In this document: one piece after another, positions 1 to 8,773 of the stretch | Numbering within the stretch: position 1 is the first letter of the stretch | How the letters are laid out: each line of letters begins with the position of its first letter | NCBI RefSeq assembly: GCF_000009045.1 | Contig: NC_000964.3 | Span: 2,100,001 to 2,132,000 of the forward strand | DNA from: Bacillus subtilis subsp. subtilis str. 168 | Lineage (GTDB): Bacteria; Bacillota; Bacilli; Bacillales; Bacillaceae | Length of the DNA stretch: 32,000 nt | Reading direction: 5' to 3' | Position numbers and translations under genes: made by a program | Notes under the pieces: model-generated | What the model saw: the letters and a program-made list of their open reading frames with translations, nothing else | What the model was told of the DNA's origin: nothing | The model's database searches: none

Positions 1-73
1 CAATGTTTTTATAAAAAAGTGGTTTTTAATGATTTTTTTAATTTTGTTTTATATTTCCTGTTTTAACCACAAA

Positions 74-98
74 AAAACCGCAGCTGAGCTGCGGTTTT
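74..98 (-). terminator. Intrinsic terminator downstream of the minus-strand small ORF
   Basis: AAAACCGCAGC-TGA-GCTGCGGTTTT, an 11-bp perfect stem; minus-strand readout ends in a T run. Confidence 0.8.
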
Positions 99-146
99 AT
101 GTATCGACTGCTTTTAACAAAATCTGTTTGATGCTTCAAGGAAGCA

Positions 147-350
147 TTACATCTCTTCGAAGTATTCTTTATAATAGCCGCCGACTTTATTCGTATTGTC
201 GACCACAAAGAGAAACTCCTCTGTTTCATTTTTTACTTCATATTCTTTTCCCGGCGTTAAAACGCGGTTTACGATATATTTTTTTGCGTTTGTCTGCACA
301 CACTTTACTTTTTTAATGGTTTCTTTTTCAAGCCAATTTTTATGAATCAT
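147..350 (-). CDS. Small conserved protein (DUF6501-like, 67 aa)
   Basis: Complete 67-aa ORF MIHKNWLEKETIKKVKCVQTNAKKYIV..., followed by a terminator on the same strand. Confidence 0.7.
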   Translation of the reverse strand: MIHKNWLEKETIKKVKCVQTNAKKYIVNRVLTPGKEYEVKNETEEFLFVVDNTNKVGGYYKEYFEEM

Positions 351-579
351 GATGAAATCTCCTTTTCTTATCTATAAGCTTATTGTAGCTTTTTTCTTTT
401 GTAAATTGCAATATCGGTTATTCATTGATTTTGCCTTGATTTCTATTATAGAATGTTTGTATACGCTTACGTTTGAAGCAACTATCACAGCTTATTTCTG
501 CTATTCAATCCAGGAATCAATGTGCTATCACCAAGAATCTCAGAACAGACCATAAAAAATGACTGGAGGTTTGTTACGG

Positions 580-2067
580 ATGAGTTCTTTAACGATGCAA
601 GTGACGAAAAGGCTGGAGACATTTTTACAGGGAACAAAGAAGCTTTATATTGACGGAAAGTTTGTTCCGAGTGCCTCAGGGGCAACCTTTGACACTCCAA
701 ACCCGGCGACCGGCGAAACCTTGATGACGCTGTATGAAGCCCAGGCTGCGGATGTGGACAAAGCTGTTAAAGCTGCCCGGAAAGCCTTTGACCAAGGTGA
801 ATGGAGAACAATGTCTCCAGCTTCGAGAAGCAGACTGATGTATAAGCTGGCAGACTTAATGGAAGAGCATAAAACTGAGCTTGCTCAGCTTGAAACACTT
901 GATAATGGGAAACCGATCAATGAAACGACTAATGGAGATATTCCGCTGGCTATTGAGCATATGCGCTATTACGCCGGCTGGTGTACAAAAATAACAGGAC
1001 AGACGATTCCGGTTTCCGGCGCTTATTTTAATTATACGCGTCATGAGCCTGTCGGTGTCGTCGGCCAGATCATTCCATGGAATTTCCCGCTCCTGATGGC
1101 GATGTGGAAAATGGGCGCGGCACTTGCAACAGGCTGTACAATCGTCCTCAAACCGGCTGAACAAACACCGCTTTCAGCTCTTTATTTGGCAGAATTAATT
1201 GACCAAGCCGGTTTCCCTGCCGGTGTAATCAACATCATCCCAGGATTCGGTGAAGATGCGGGAGAAGCGCTGACGAACCACGAAGCGGTTGATAAAATTG
1301 CCTTTACCGGTTCCACTGAAATCGGAAAGAAAATCATGTCCACCGCAGCGAAAAGCATTAAGCGTGTGACATTGGAGCTGGGCGGAAAATCGCCTAATAT
1401 TCTTCTGCCGGATGCGAATTTAAAAAAAGCCATCCCGGGCGCTTTAAACGGTGTGATGTTTAACCAGGGCCAAGTCTGCTGTGCGGGCTCACGTGTCTTC
1501 ATTCATAAAGACCAATATGATGAAGTTGTTGATGAAATGGCATCCTATGCTGAGTCACTCCGCCAAGGAGCGGGACTTCATAAAGATACTCAAATCGGGC
1601 CTCTCGTAAGCAAGGAACAGCATGAGCGCGTTCTTTCCTATATTCAAAAAGGAAAAGATGAAGGAGCAAAAGCAGTGACCGGCGGAAGCTGTCCTTTTGA
1701 AGCAGGATATTTTGTCGCACCGACTGTGTTTGCGAATGTTGAAGACGAAATGACCATCGCAAAAGAAGAAATTTTCGGACCCGTGCTGACTGCAATTCCG
1801 TACGAAACAGTCGATGAAGTTATTGAACGGGCAAACCATTCAGAATATGGGCTTGCAGCCGGACTATGGACAGAGAACGTCAAGCAGGCTCACTATATCG
1901 CGGACCGACTTCAAGCCGGAACCGTTTGGGTCAACTGCTATAATGTGTTTGACGCGGCGTCTCCATTTGGCGGTTATAAACAGTCAGGACTCGGACGAGA
2001 AATGGGATCATATGCCTTGGATAATTACACAGAAGTCAAAAGTGTATGGGTAAACCTTGAAGACTAA
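580..2067 (+). CDS. dhaS: Aldehyde dehydrogenase (NAD+), 495 aa
   Basis: ALDH motifs FTGSTEIGK, LELGGKSPNI, NQGQVCCAGSR, EIFGPV. GGAGG at 564-568 supports the ATG at 580 rather than 559. Confidence 0.95.
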   Translation: MSSLTMQVTKRLETFLQGTKKLYIDGKFVPSASGATFDTPNPATGETLMTLYEAQAADVDKAVKAARKAFDQGEWRTMSPASRSRLMYKLADLMEEHKTELAQLETLDNGKPINETTNGDIPLAIEHMRYYAGWCTKITGQTIPVSGAYFNYTRHEPVGVVGQIIPWNFPLLMAMWKMGAALATGCTIVLKPAEQTPLSALYLAELIDQAGFPAGVINIIPGFGEDAGEALTNHEAVDKIAFTGSTEIGKKIMSTAAKSIKRVTLELGGKSPNILLPDANLKKAIPGALNGVMFNQGQVCCAGSRVFIHKDQYDEVVDEMASYAESLRQGAGLHKDTQIGPLVSKEQHERVLSYIQKGKDEGAKAVTGGSCPFEAGYFVAPTVFANVEDEMTIAKEEIFGPVLTAIPYETVDEVIERANHSEYGLAAGLWTENVKQAHYIADRLQAGTVWVNCYNVFDAASPFGGYKQSGLGREMGSYALDNYTEVKSVWVNLED

Positions 2068-2080
2068 CATGTATGTTTAA

Positions 2081-2108
2081 AAAACTGCTGCCTGCCAGCA
2101 GTTTTTTT
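2081..2108 (+). terminator. Intrinsic terminator of dhaS
   Basis: AAAACTGCTG-CCTGC-CAGCAGTTTT with T run. Confidence 0.9.
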
Positions 2109-2167
2109 CTTTCTGTAATGGCAGTAAAAGACGCTGAATATATATGCTTCTGAAGGAGTTGAGCGTG

Positions 2168-4066
2168 ATGGGCACACTTCAGGAGAAAGTGAGGCGTTTT
2201 CAAAAGAAAACCATTACCGAGTTAAGAGACAGGCAAAATGCTGATGGTTCATGGACATTTTGCTTTGAAGGACCAATCATGACAAATTCCTTTTTTATTT
2301 TGCTCCTTACCTCACTAGATGAAGGCGAAAATGAAAAAGAACTGATATCATCCCTTGCAGCCGGCATTCATGCAAAACAGCAGCCAGACGGCACATTTAT
2401 CAACTATCCCGATGAAACGCGCGGAAATCTAACGGCTACCGTCCAAGGATATGTCGGGATGCTGGCTTCAGGATGTTTTCACAGAACTGAGCCGCACATG
2501 AAGAAAGCTGAACAATTTATCATCTCACATGGCGGTTTGAGACATGTTCATTTTATGACAAAATGGATGCTTGCCGCGAACGGGCTTTATCCTTGGCCTG
2601 CTTTGTATTTACCATTATCACTCATGGCGCTCCCCCCAACATTGCCGATTCATTTCTATCAGTTCAGCTCATATGCCCGTATTCATTTTGCTCCTATGGC
2701 TGTAACACTCAATCAGCGATTTGTCCTTATTAACCGCAATATTTCATCTCTTCACCATCTCGATCCGCACATGACAAAAAATCCTTTCACTTGGCTTCGG
2801 TCTGATGCTTTCGAAGAAAGAGATCTCACGTCTATTTTGTTACATTGGAAACGCGTTTTTCATGCACCATTTGCTTTTCAGCAGCTGGGCCTACAGACAG
2901 CTAAAACGTATATGCTGGACCGGATTGAAAAAGATGGAACATTATACAGCTATGCGAGCGCAACCATATATATGGTTTACAGCCTTCTGTCACTTGGTGT
3001 GTCACGCTATTCTCCTATTATCAGGAGGGCGATTACCGGCATTAAATCACTGGTGACTAAATGCAACGGGATTCCTTATCTGGAAAACTCTACTTCAACT
3101 GTTTGGGATACAGCTTTAATAAGCTATGCCCTTCAAAAAAATGGTGTGACCGAAACGGATGGCTCTGTTACAAAAGCAGCCGACTTTTTGCTAGAACGCC
3201 AGCATACCAAAATAGCAGATTGGTCTGTCAAAAATCCAAATTCAGTTCCTGGCGGCTGGGGGTTTTCAAACATTAATACAAATAACCCTGACTGTGACGA
3301 CACTACAGCCGTTTTAAAGGCGATTCCCCGCAATCATTCTCCTGCAGCATGGGAGCGGGGGGTATCTTGGCTTTTATCGATGCAAAACAATGACGGCGGA
3401 TTTTCTGCTTTCGAAAAAAATGTGAACCATCCACTGATCCGCCTTCTGCCGCTTGAATCCGCCGAGGACGCTGCAGTTGACCCTTCAACCGCCGACCTCA
3501 CCGGACGTGTACTGCACTTTTTAGGCGAGAAAGTTGGCTTCACAGAAAAACATCAACATATTCAACGCGCAGTGAAGTGGCTTTTCGAACATCAGGAACA
3601 AAATGGGTCTTGGTACGGCAGATGGGGTGTTTGCTACATTTACGGCACTTGGGCTGCTCTTACTGGTATGCATGCATGCGGGGTTGACCGAAAGCATCCC
3701 GGTATACAAAAGGCTCTGCGTTGGCTCAAATCCATACAAAATGATGACGGAAGCTGGGGAGAATCCTGCAAAAGCGCCGAAATCAAAACATATGTACCGC
3801 TTCATAGAGGAACCATTGTACAAACGGCCTGGGCTTTAGACGCTTTGCTCACATATGAAAATTCCGAACATCCGTCTGTTGTGAAAGGCATGCAATACCT
3901 TACCGACAGCAGTTCGCATAGCGCCGATAGCCTCGCGTATCCAGCAGGGATCGGATTGCCGAAGCAATTTTATATTCGCTATCACAGTTATCCATATGTA
4001 TTCTCTTTGCTGGCTGTCGGGAAGTATTTAGATTCTATTGAAAAGGAGACAGCAAATGAAACGTGA
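2168..4066 (+). CDS. sqhC: Squalene-hopene-type cyclase (tetraprenyl-beta-curcumene/sporulenol cyclase), 632 aa
   Basis: DCDDTTAVL motif and multiple QW-type repeats (GGWGFSN, NDGGFSAF, QNGSWYGRWGVCYIYGTW, DDGSWGE). SD GAAGGAG precedes ATG 2168. Confidence 0.93.
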   Translation: MGTLQEKVRRFQKKTITELRDRQNADGSWTFCFEGPIMTNSFFILLLTSLDEGENEKELISSLAAGIHAKQQPDGTFINYPDETRGNLTATVQGYVGMLASGCFHRTEPHMKKAEQFIISHGGLRHVHFMTKWMLAANGLYPWPALYLPLSLMALPPTLPIHFYQFSSYARIHFAPMAVTLNQRFVLINRNISSLHHLDPHMTKNPFTWLRSDAFEERDLTSILLHWKRVFHAPFAFQQLGLQTAKTYMLDRIEKDGTLYSYASATIYMVYSLLSLGVSRYSPIIRRAITGIKSLVTKCNGIPYLENSTSTVWDTALISYALQKNGVTETDGSVTKAADFLLERQHTKIADWSVKNPNSVPGGWGFSNINTNNPDCDDTTAVLKAIPRNHSPAAWERGVSWLLSMQNNDGGFSAFEKNVNHPLIRLLPLESAEDAAVDPSTADLTGRVLHFLGEKVGFTEKHQHIQRAVKWLFEHQEQNGSWYGRWGVCYIYGTWAALTGMHACGVDRKHPGIQKALRWLKSIQNDDGSWGESCKSAEIKTYVPLHRGTIVQTAWALDALLTYENSEHPSVVKGMQYLTDSSSHSADSLAYPAGIGLPKQFYIRYHSYPYVFSLLAVGKYLDSIEKETANET

Positions 4067-4901
4067 ATCTTATCAAGCGGAGATGTTCAATTGGTGTGAA
4101 GCCCTGAAAGATCAGATTCAAAAGCGAGGTCAGCTTGACCAGTTTGAAGATCAAATCGACAAGATGATTGAGGCTCTGGAAGATGACCAAACAACAGAAG
4201 AAGATTGGTATAAACAGGCCGCTGCCCTTTATCGGGATATTACAGAATCAGATGATACAAGTGAAAGACGCGCTTATGTCCCTATAGGGAAACACGTGCT
4301 GCCAAAGCTTCCTTACAAATACTCCGCCTTAGAACCTTATATATCACGCGATATTATGATCCTTCATCATACAAAACATCATCAAAGCTATGTCGATGGC
4401 CTGAACAAAGCAGAATCAGAGCTTAAAAAAGCGAGAGCGACAAAGAATTATGACTTAATCACTCATTGGGAAAGAGAGCTTGCGTTCCATGGAGCAGGCC
4501 ATTATTTGCATAGTATTTTTTGGTTTTCTATGCATCCAAACGGAAAACGGCGTCCTACAGGGGCATTGTTCCAAATGATAGACCTTTCATTTGGAAGCTA
4601 TTCCGCTTTTAAAGAACATTTTACCCAGGCCTCTAAAAAAGTGGAAGGCGTCGGCTGGGCCATTCTGGTCTGGGCACCTCGATCAGGACGGCTGGAGATT
4701 TTAACGGCAGAAAAACACCAGCTCTTTAGCCAATGGGATGTGATCCCCCTTTTACCGCTTGACGTATGGGAGCATGCCTACTATTTGCAATACAAAAATG
4801 ACCGGGCCAGCTATGTCGATCACTGGTGGAATGTCGTGGATTGGCGCGAGGCTGAAAAACGTTTTGAGCAGGCAAAAGAAGTCGTTTGGAAGCTCTATTA
4901 A
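4056..4901 (+). CDS. sodF: Fe/Mn superoxide dismutase family protein with N-terminal helical extension, 281 aa
   Basis: SOD motifs ILHHTKHHQSYVDGLN and DVWEHAYYLQYKNDRASYVDHWWNVVDW. SD AAGGAG before ATG 4056. Overlaps the sqhC end by 11 nt. Confidence 0.92.
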   Translation: MKRESYQAEMFNWCEALKDQIQKRGQLDQFEDQIDKMIEALEDDQTTEEDWYKQAAALYRDITESDDTSERRAYVPIGKHVLPKLPYKYSALEPYISRDIMILHHTKHHQSYVDGLNKAESELKKARATKNYDLITHWERELAFHGAGHYLHSIFWFSMHPNGKRRPTGALFQMIDLSFGSYSAFKEHFTQASKKVEGVGWAILVWAPRSGRLEILTAEKHQLFSQWDVIPLLPLDVWEHAYYLQYKNDRASYVDHWWNVVDWREAEKRFEQAKEVVWKLY

Positions 4902-4904
4902 AAA

Positions 4905-4927
4905 AAGCCCCCTTTCCTCGGGGGCTT
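4905..4927 (-). terminator. Terminator of yocR, abutting the sodF stop codon
   Basis: AAGCCCCC-TTTCCTC-GGGGGCTT; the minus strand ends in TTTTTTT. Confidence 0.8.
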
Positions 4928-4933
4928 CGTGTG

Positions 4934-6271
4934 TTAAAAAATACCTATCACATGCAAAAACACGATGATGATGGCAACAGGAGATAGATATCGAATGAGC
5001 AGCAGCCAAACCGCAAACCACTTTCGTTTGAGATTGGAACCGCTTTTCAGCTCGTCAAACAAATCCTGTTTCGGTATTTTTAGCGGAACAAAAATCGAAA
5101 TCAGTAACGCACCTAACGGCATTAAAATATTGCTCACAAGATAGTCAGCCGCATCAAAAATAGACAGATGAAATATAGTGACGTCACTTAAGACACCGTA
5201 TGATAATGCAGACGGCACACCGACAATAAAAATAGCAATACCGCCTAACCAAGCGAATCGTTTTCTCTTATTGATATCGCCTTTCGACAGTACTGCGACC
5301 AAAATTTCCAGCATTGAAAAAGCAGATGTCAATGCAGCAAATAAAAATAGAAGTAAAAATGCTAATAAAAAGATAATTCCGAACGGCATTTGATTAAACA
5401 CAGTCGGCAGAACGTTAAATAACAGAACCGGGCCTTGGTCTGGCTTGAGGCCGAATGAAAATACAGCTGGAAAAATCGCAATTCCGGCCATTACAGCAAC
5501 AAGCATGTTCATAACAGTTACAGATACAGCGGACTGTACCAGATTTTCCTGTTTCTCTAAATAAGCGCTATACGTTACCATGACAGATACACCGACACTT
5601 AATAAGAAAAAGGATTGTCCCATTGCATATAAAATGGTATTGGCATCAATTGCAGTTAAATCAGGCATGAGGAAAAATTTGATTCCTTCCATCGCGCCAT
5701 CAAGTGTAACCGAACGCACCATTAAAATGATGAATAATAGAAAAAGCGCCGGCATTAATACTTGGCTTGCTTTTTCAATTCCGCTGCTTACCCCTTTTGC
5801 AACAACTAAAATTGTTACCACCATAAAGAGCAGCTGGCCTCCTACAGCCAAATAAGGATTTGAAATGGTACTTGCAAATATCGTATCAAAACCAGATGTT
5901 TGCGATAAACCGCCAGTGAAGCCTTTTATAATATAAATTAAAATCCATCCGCCTACGACACTGTAGAAAGATAGAAGAATAAAGCACGTCACCATGCCTA
6001 AATAACCGATCCAATGCCACTTCGTTCCTGGAGCAAGTGTTTTATAGGACTGAACGGCATCTTTCTGTGTTCTTCTGCCTATGATGAATTCACCTAACAA
6101 TAAAGGCAGTCCGATTAAAACCGTAAATAAAATAAAAATAAGTAAAAATGCGCCTCCTCCGCTGGTTCCGGCAACATATGGGAATTTCCATATCGCACCA
6201 AGCCCGATAGCTGATCCTGCCGCGGCTAAAATAAAGCCGAGCTTCGAAGACCATTGATTTGCTTCCTTCAC
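4934..6271 (-). CDS. yocR: Sodium-dependent neurotransmitter-type (SNF) transporter, 445 aa
   Basis: SNF family N-terminus [45 protein letters not shown] precedes GTG at 6271. Confidence 0.9.
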
Positions 6272-6309
6272 CGTATCACTCCTATTTGATCTAACCATTA
6301 TAAAGGTTC

Positions 6310-6338
6310 ATTGTAAGAATATCTTCCTATATAGTCAA
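6310..6338 (-). promoter_or_regulatory. SigmaA-type promoter for yocR
   Basis: Minus strand TTGACT-17 nt-TACAAT. Confidence 0.7.
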
Positions 6339-6393
6339 GAACATTTTAATTAGTTTACATCATATATCTATAGACATCTGCCAAAAACTAATA

Positions 6394-6421
6394 TTGAATT
6401 ATTCAGAAAATTATTTATAAT
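6394..6421 (+). promoter_or_regulatory. SigmaA-type promoter for yocS
   Basis: TTGAAT-16 nt-TATAAT upstream of the yocS start. Confidence 0.6.
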
Positions 6422-6489
6422 AAGAGAATGTTATGAAATTTGTAAGAATTTCTGCTGAAGTTCTTGATAAGTGTGTTAGGAGTGTTTTT

Positions 6490-7455
6490 ATGGACATCAT
6501 TAGAAAAATAAGCCATTTTGCAGGACAAACCTTTGGCATATGGGTCATTGTTTTTGCAGTGCTGGGATTTTCTTTCCCATCTTTATTTACGTGGATCAGT
6601 TCTTATATTACGATTTTTCTCGGCATTATCATGTTTGGGATGGGCCTTACACTGCAAGCCGATGATTTCAAAGAGCTGGTCAGAAAGCCTTGGCAAGTTA
6701 TTATTGGAGTAATAGCTCAGTATACGATCATGCCGCTCGTTGCTTTCGGCCTCGCATTTGGGCTTCATCTTCCAGCTGAAATCGCAGTTGGTGTTATTCT
6801 TGTCGGCTGCTGTCCCGGGGGAACTGCATCTAATGTTATGACATTCTTAGCAAAAGGAAATACTGCCCTTTCTGTTGCGGTTACGACAATTTCTACCTTA
6901 TTGGCACCTGTTGTAACACCGTTGTTGATTATGCTGTTTGCCAAAGAATGGCTTCCTGTCTCGCCGGGGTCTTTGTTTATCTCAATCTTACAGGCGGTTT
7001 TATTTCCGATCATTGCAGGTCTGATTGTCAAAATGTTTTTCAGAAAACAAGTGGCAAAAGCCGTACATGCCCTTCCGCTTGTTTCTGTCATTGGCATCGT
7101 TGCGATTGTCTCAGCTGTCGTCAGCGGCAATCGGGAAAATCTGCTTCAATCGGGGTTGCTCATTTTTTCAGTTGTTATCCTGCATAACGGTATCGGTTAT
7201 TTACTGGGGTTTCTTTGTGCAAAGCTTTTAAAAATGGATTACCCGTCTCAAAAAGCGATTGCAATCGAAGTCGGCATGCAAAACTCCGGGCTTGGGGCTG
7301 CACTTGCCACGGCTCATTTCTCACCGCTATCTGCCGTACCAAGCGCAATATTCAGTGTGTGGCATAACCTTTCAGGTTCTATGCTTGCAACATATTGGTC
7401 AAAAAAAGTGAAAAAGAAGCAAGCTGGATCCAAAAGCAGCAATCTATCACTTTAA
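6490..7455 (+). CDS. yocS: Bile acid:Na+ symporter family (BASS) transporter, 321 aa
   Basis: Hydrophobic protein with GVILVGCCPGGTASNVMTFLAKGN and EVGMQNSGLGAALA motifs. SD TTAGGAG before ATG 6490. Confidence 0.9.
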   Translation: MDIIRKISHFAGQTFGIWVIVFAVLGFSFPSLFTWISSYITIFLGIIMFGMGLTLQADDFKELVRKPWQVIIGVIAQYTIMPLVAFGLAFGLHLPAEIAVGVILVGCCPGGTASNVMTFLAKGNTALSVAVTTISTLLAPVVTPLLIMLFAKEWLPVSPGSLFISILQAVLFPIIAGLIVKMFFRKQVAKAVHALPLVSVIGIVAIVSAVVSGNRENLLQSGLLIFSVVILHNGIGYLLGFLCAKLLKMDYPSQKAIAIEVGMQNSGLGAALATAHFSPLSAVPSAIFSVWHNLSGSMLATYWSKKVKKKQAGSKSSNLSL

Positions 7456-7464
7456 ATATGCATC

Positions 7465-7502
7465 AAAAAGGGTACATCACTTTATCGTGATGTACCCTTT
7501 TT
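7465..7502. terminator. Bidirectional terminator between yocS and odhB
   Basis: AAAAAGGGTACATCAC-TTTATC-GTGATGTACCCTTTTT, a 16-bp perfect stem. Confidence 0.95.
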
Positions 7503-7504
7503 TA

Positions 7505-8758
7505 TTATCCTTCTAATAAAAGCTGTTCAGGATCTTCCAGTAAATTTTTGATTGTCACGAGGAAACCAACCGCTTCTTTACCGTCTACAATTCGGTGATC
7601 ATAAGATAAAGCGATATACATCATCGGACGGTTTTCGAAACGCTCTTCATCAATGGCTACAGGGCGCAGCTGAATCTTATGCATGCCCAGTATACCGACT
7701 TGCGGGCTGTTTAAAATTGGAGTTGACATCAATGAACCGAAAGTCCCTCCGTTTGTAATCGTGAAGGAGCCTCCCTGAAGCTCGCTAAGGGTTAATTTAT
7801 TGTTTCTTGCTTTTTTCGCAAGCTCGCCGATCTCTTTTTCGATTCCTGCAAATGTCAGGCGATCCGCATCCCGTACAACCGGAACGACAAGACCTTCATC
7901 AGCAGCAACAGCGATTCCGATATCGTAGAATTTTTTAACGATCAACTCATCGCCTTGAATTTCTGCATTCAACAGCGGATATTTTTTCAATGCAGCCACG
8001 ACCGCTTTCGTGAAGAAAGACATAAAGCCGAGCTTCACTTCATTTTGCTCAAAAAATTGATCTTTGCGGCGTTTTCTGAGATTCATGACAGCCGTCATGT
8101 CCACTTCATTAAATGTAGTCAGCATCGCTGATGTTTGCTGTACCTCTACAAGGCGTTTTGCAATCGTTTGTCTGCGGCGTGACATTTTTTGCACTTCAAC
8201 AGGTTTGTCAAAGCTTTGCTGTGCTTTTTGAGCCTGAGGCTGCTGCTTTTGCTGAGGAGCCGGTTTTGATGCCGGTTTTTCGTACGCTTCGACATCCTGC
8301 TTGCGCACTCTTCCAAGCGGATCTCCAGTTGGAACTTGAGACAGGTCAATTCCTTTTTCTCTCGCAAGCTTACGGGCCGACGGAGAAGCGATCGTTCTTG
8401 ATTTTGCTTCAGATTGTGCTTCCTCGCTCACCTCTTGTGCAGCTGGTTCAGCCTGTTTCTCTTCTTTTACGCTTTCCTTGCTTTCTGTTTTCTCTGTAGG
8501 AGCAGGGGCAGAACTTTCACCCGCGCCTTCTGAAATCGTACCGATAATTTCTCCGACCTGGACGGTATCACCCGAATCTTTCAATACCTCTTGAAGTACA
8601 CCCGATTCTTCTGCTGTCAATTCAACATTCACTTTATCCGTTTCTAGTTCAAGCAGATATTCACCCTGTTCTACATAGTCACCAGGCTGCTTTAACCATT
8701 GGGCTATTGTTCCTTCTGAGATTGATTCTGCTAATTCAGGTACCTTAATTTCCGCCAT
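7505..8758 (-). CDS. odhB: 2-oxoglutarate dehydrogenase E2, dihydrolipoyl succinyltransferase, 417 aa
   Basis: Lipoyl domain [20 protein letters not shown]3-binding region [13 protein letters not shown], catalytic [14 protein letters not shown]. Confidence 0.97.
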   Translation of the reverse strand: MAEIKVPELAESISEGTIAQWLKQPGDYVEQGEYLLELETDKVNVELTAEESGVLQEVLKDSGDTVQVGEIIGTISEGAGESSAPAPTEKTESKESVKEEKQAEPAAQEVSEEAQSEAKSRTIASPSARKLAREKGIDLSQVPTGDPLGRVRKQDVEAYEKPASKPAPQQKQQPQAQKAQQSFDKPVEVQKMSRRRQTIAKRLVEVQQTSAMLTTFNEVDMTAVMNLRKRRKDQFFEQNEVKLGFMSFFTKAVVAALKKYPLLNAEIQGDELIVKKFYDIGIAVAADEGLVVPVVRDADRLTFAGIEKEIGELAKKARNNKLTLSELQGGSFTITNGGTFGSLMSTPILNSPQVGILGMHKIQLRPVAIDEERFENRPMMYIALSYDHRIVDGKEAVGFLVTIKNLLEDPEQLLLEG

Positions 8759-8773
8759 TTTTTCATTTCCCCC

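Noticed and set aside
29-316. 95-aa plus-strand ORF and 63-aa minus ORF at 38-229
   Set aside because: They run through a clear terminator hairpin and overlap the more credible minus-strand 67-aa gene.
6433-6489. Upstream 19-codon extension of yocS in the ORF track
   Set aside because: A strong SD (TTAGGAG) is positioned for ATG 6490 and the extension has no SD and no family conservation I recognise. It also starts within 12 nt of the predicted -10, so it would leave almost no leader.
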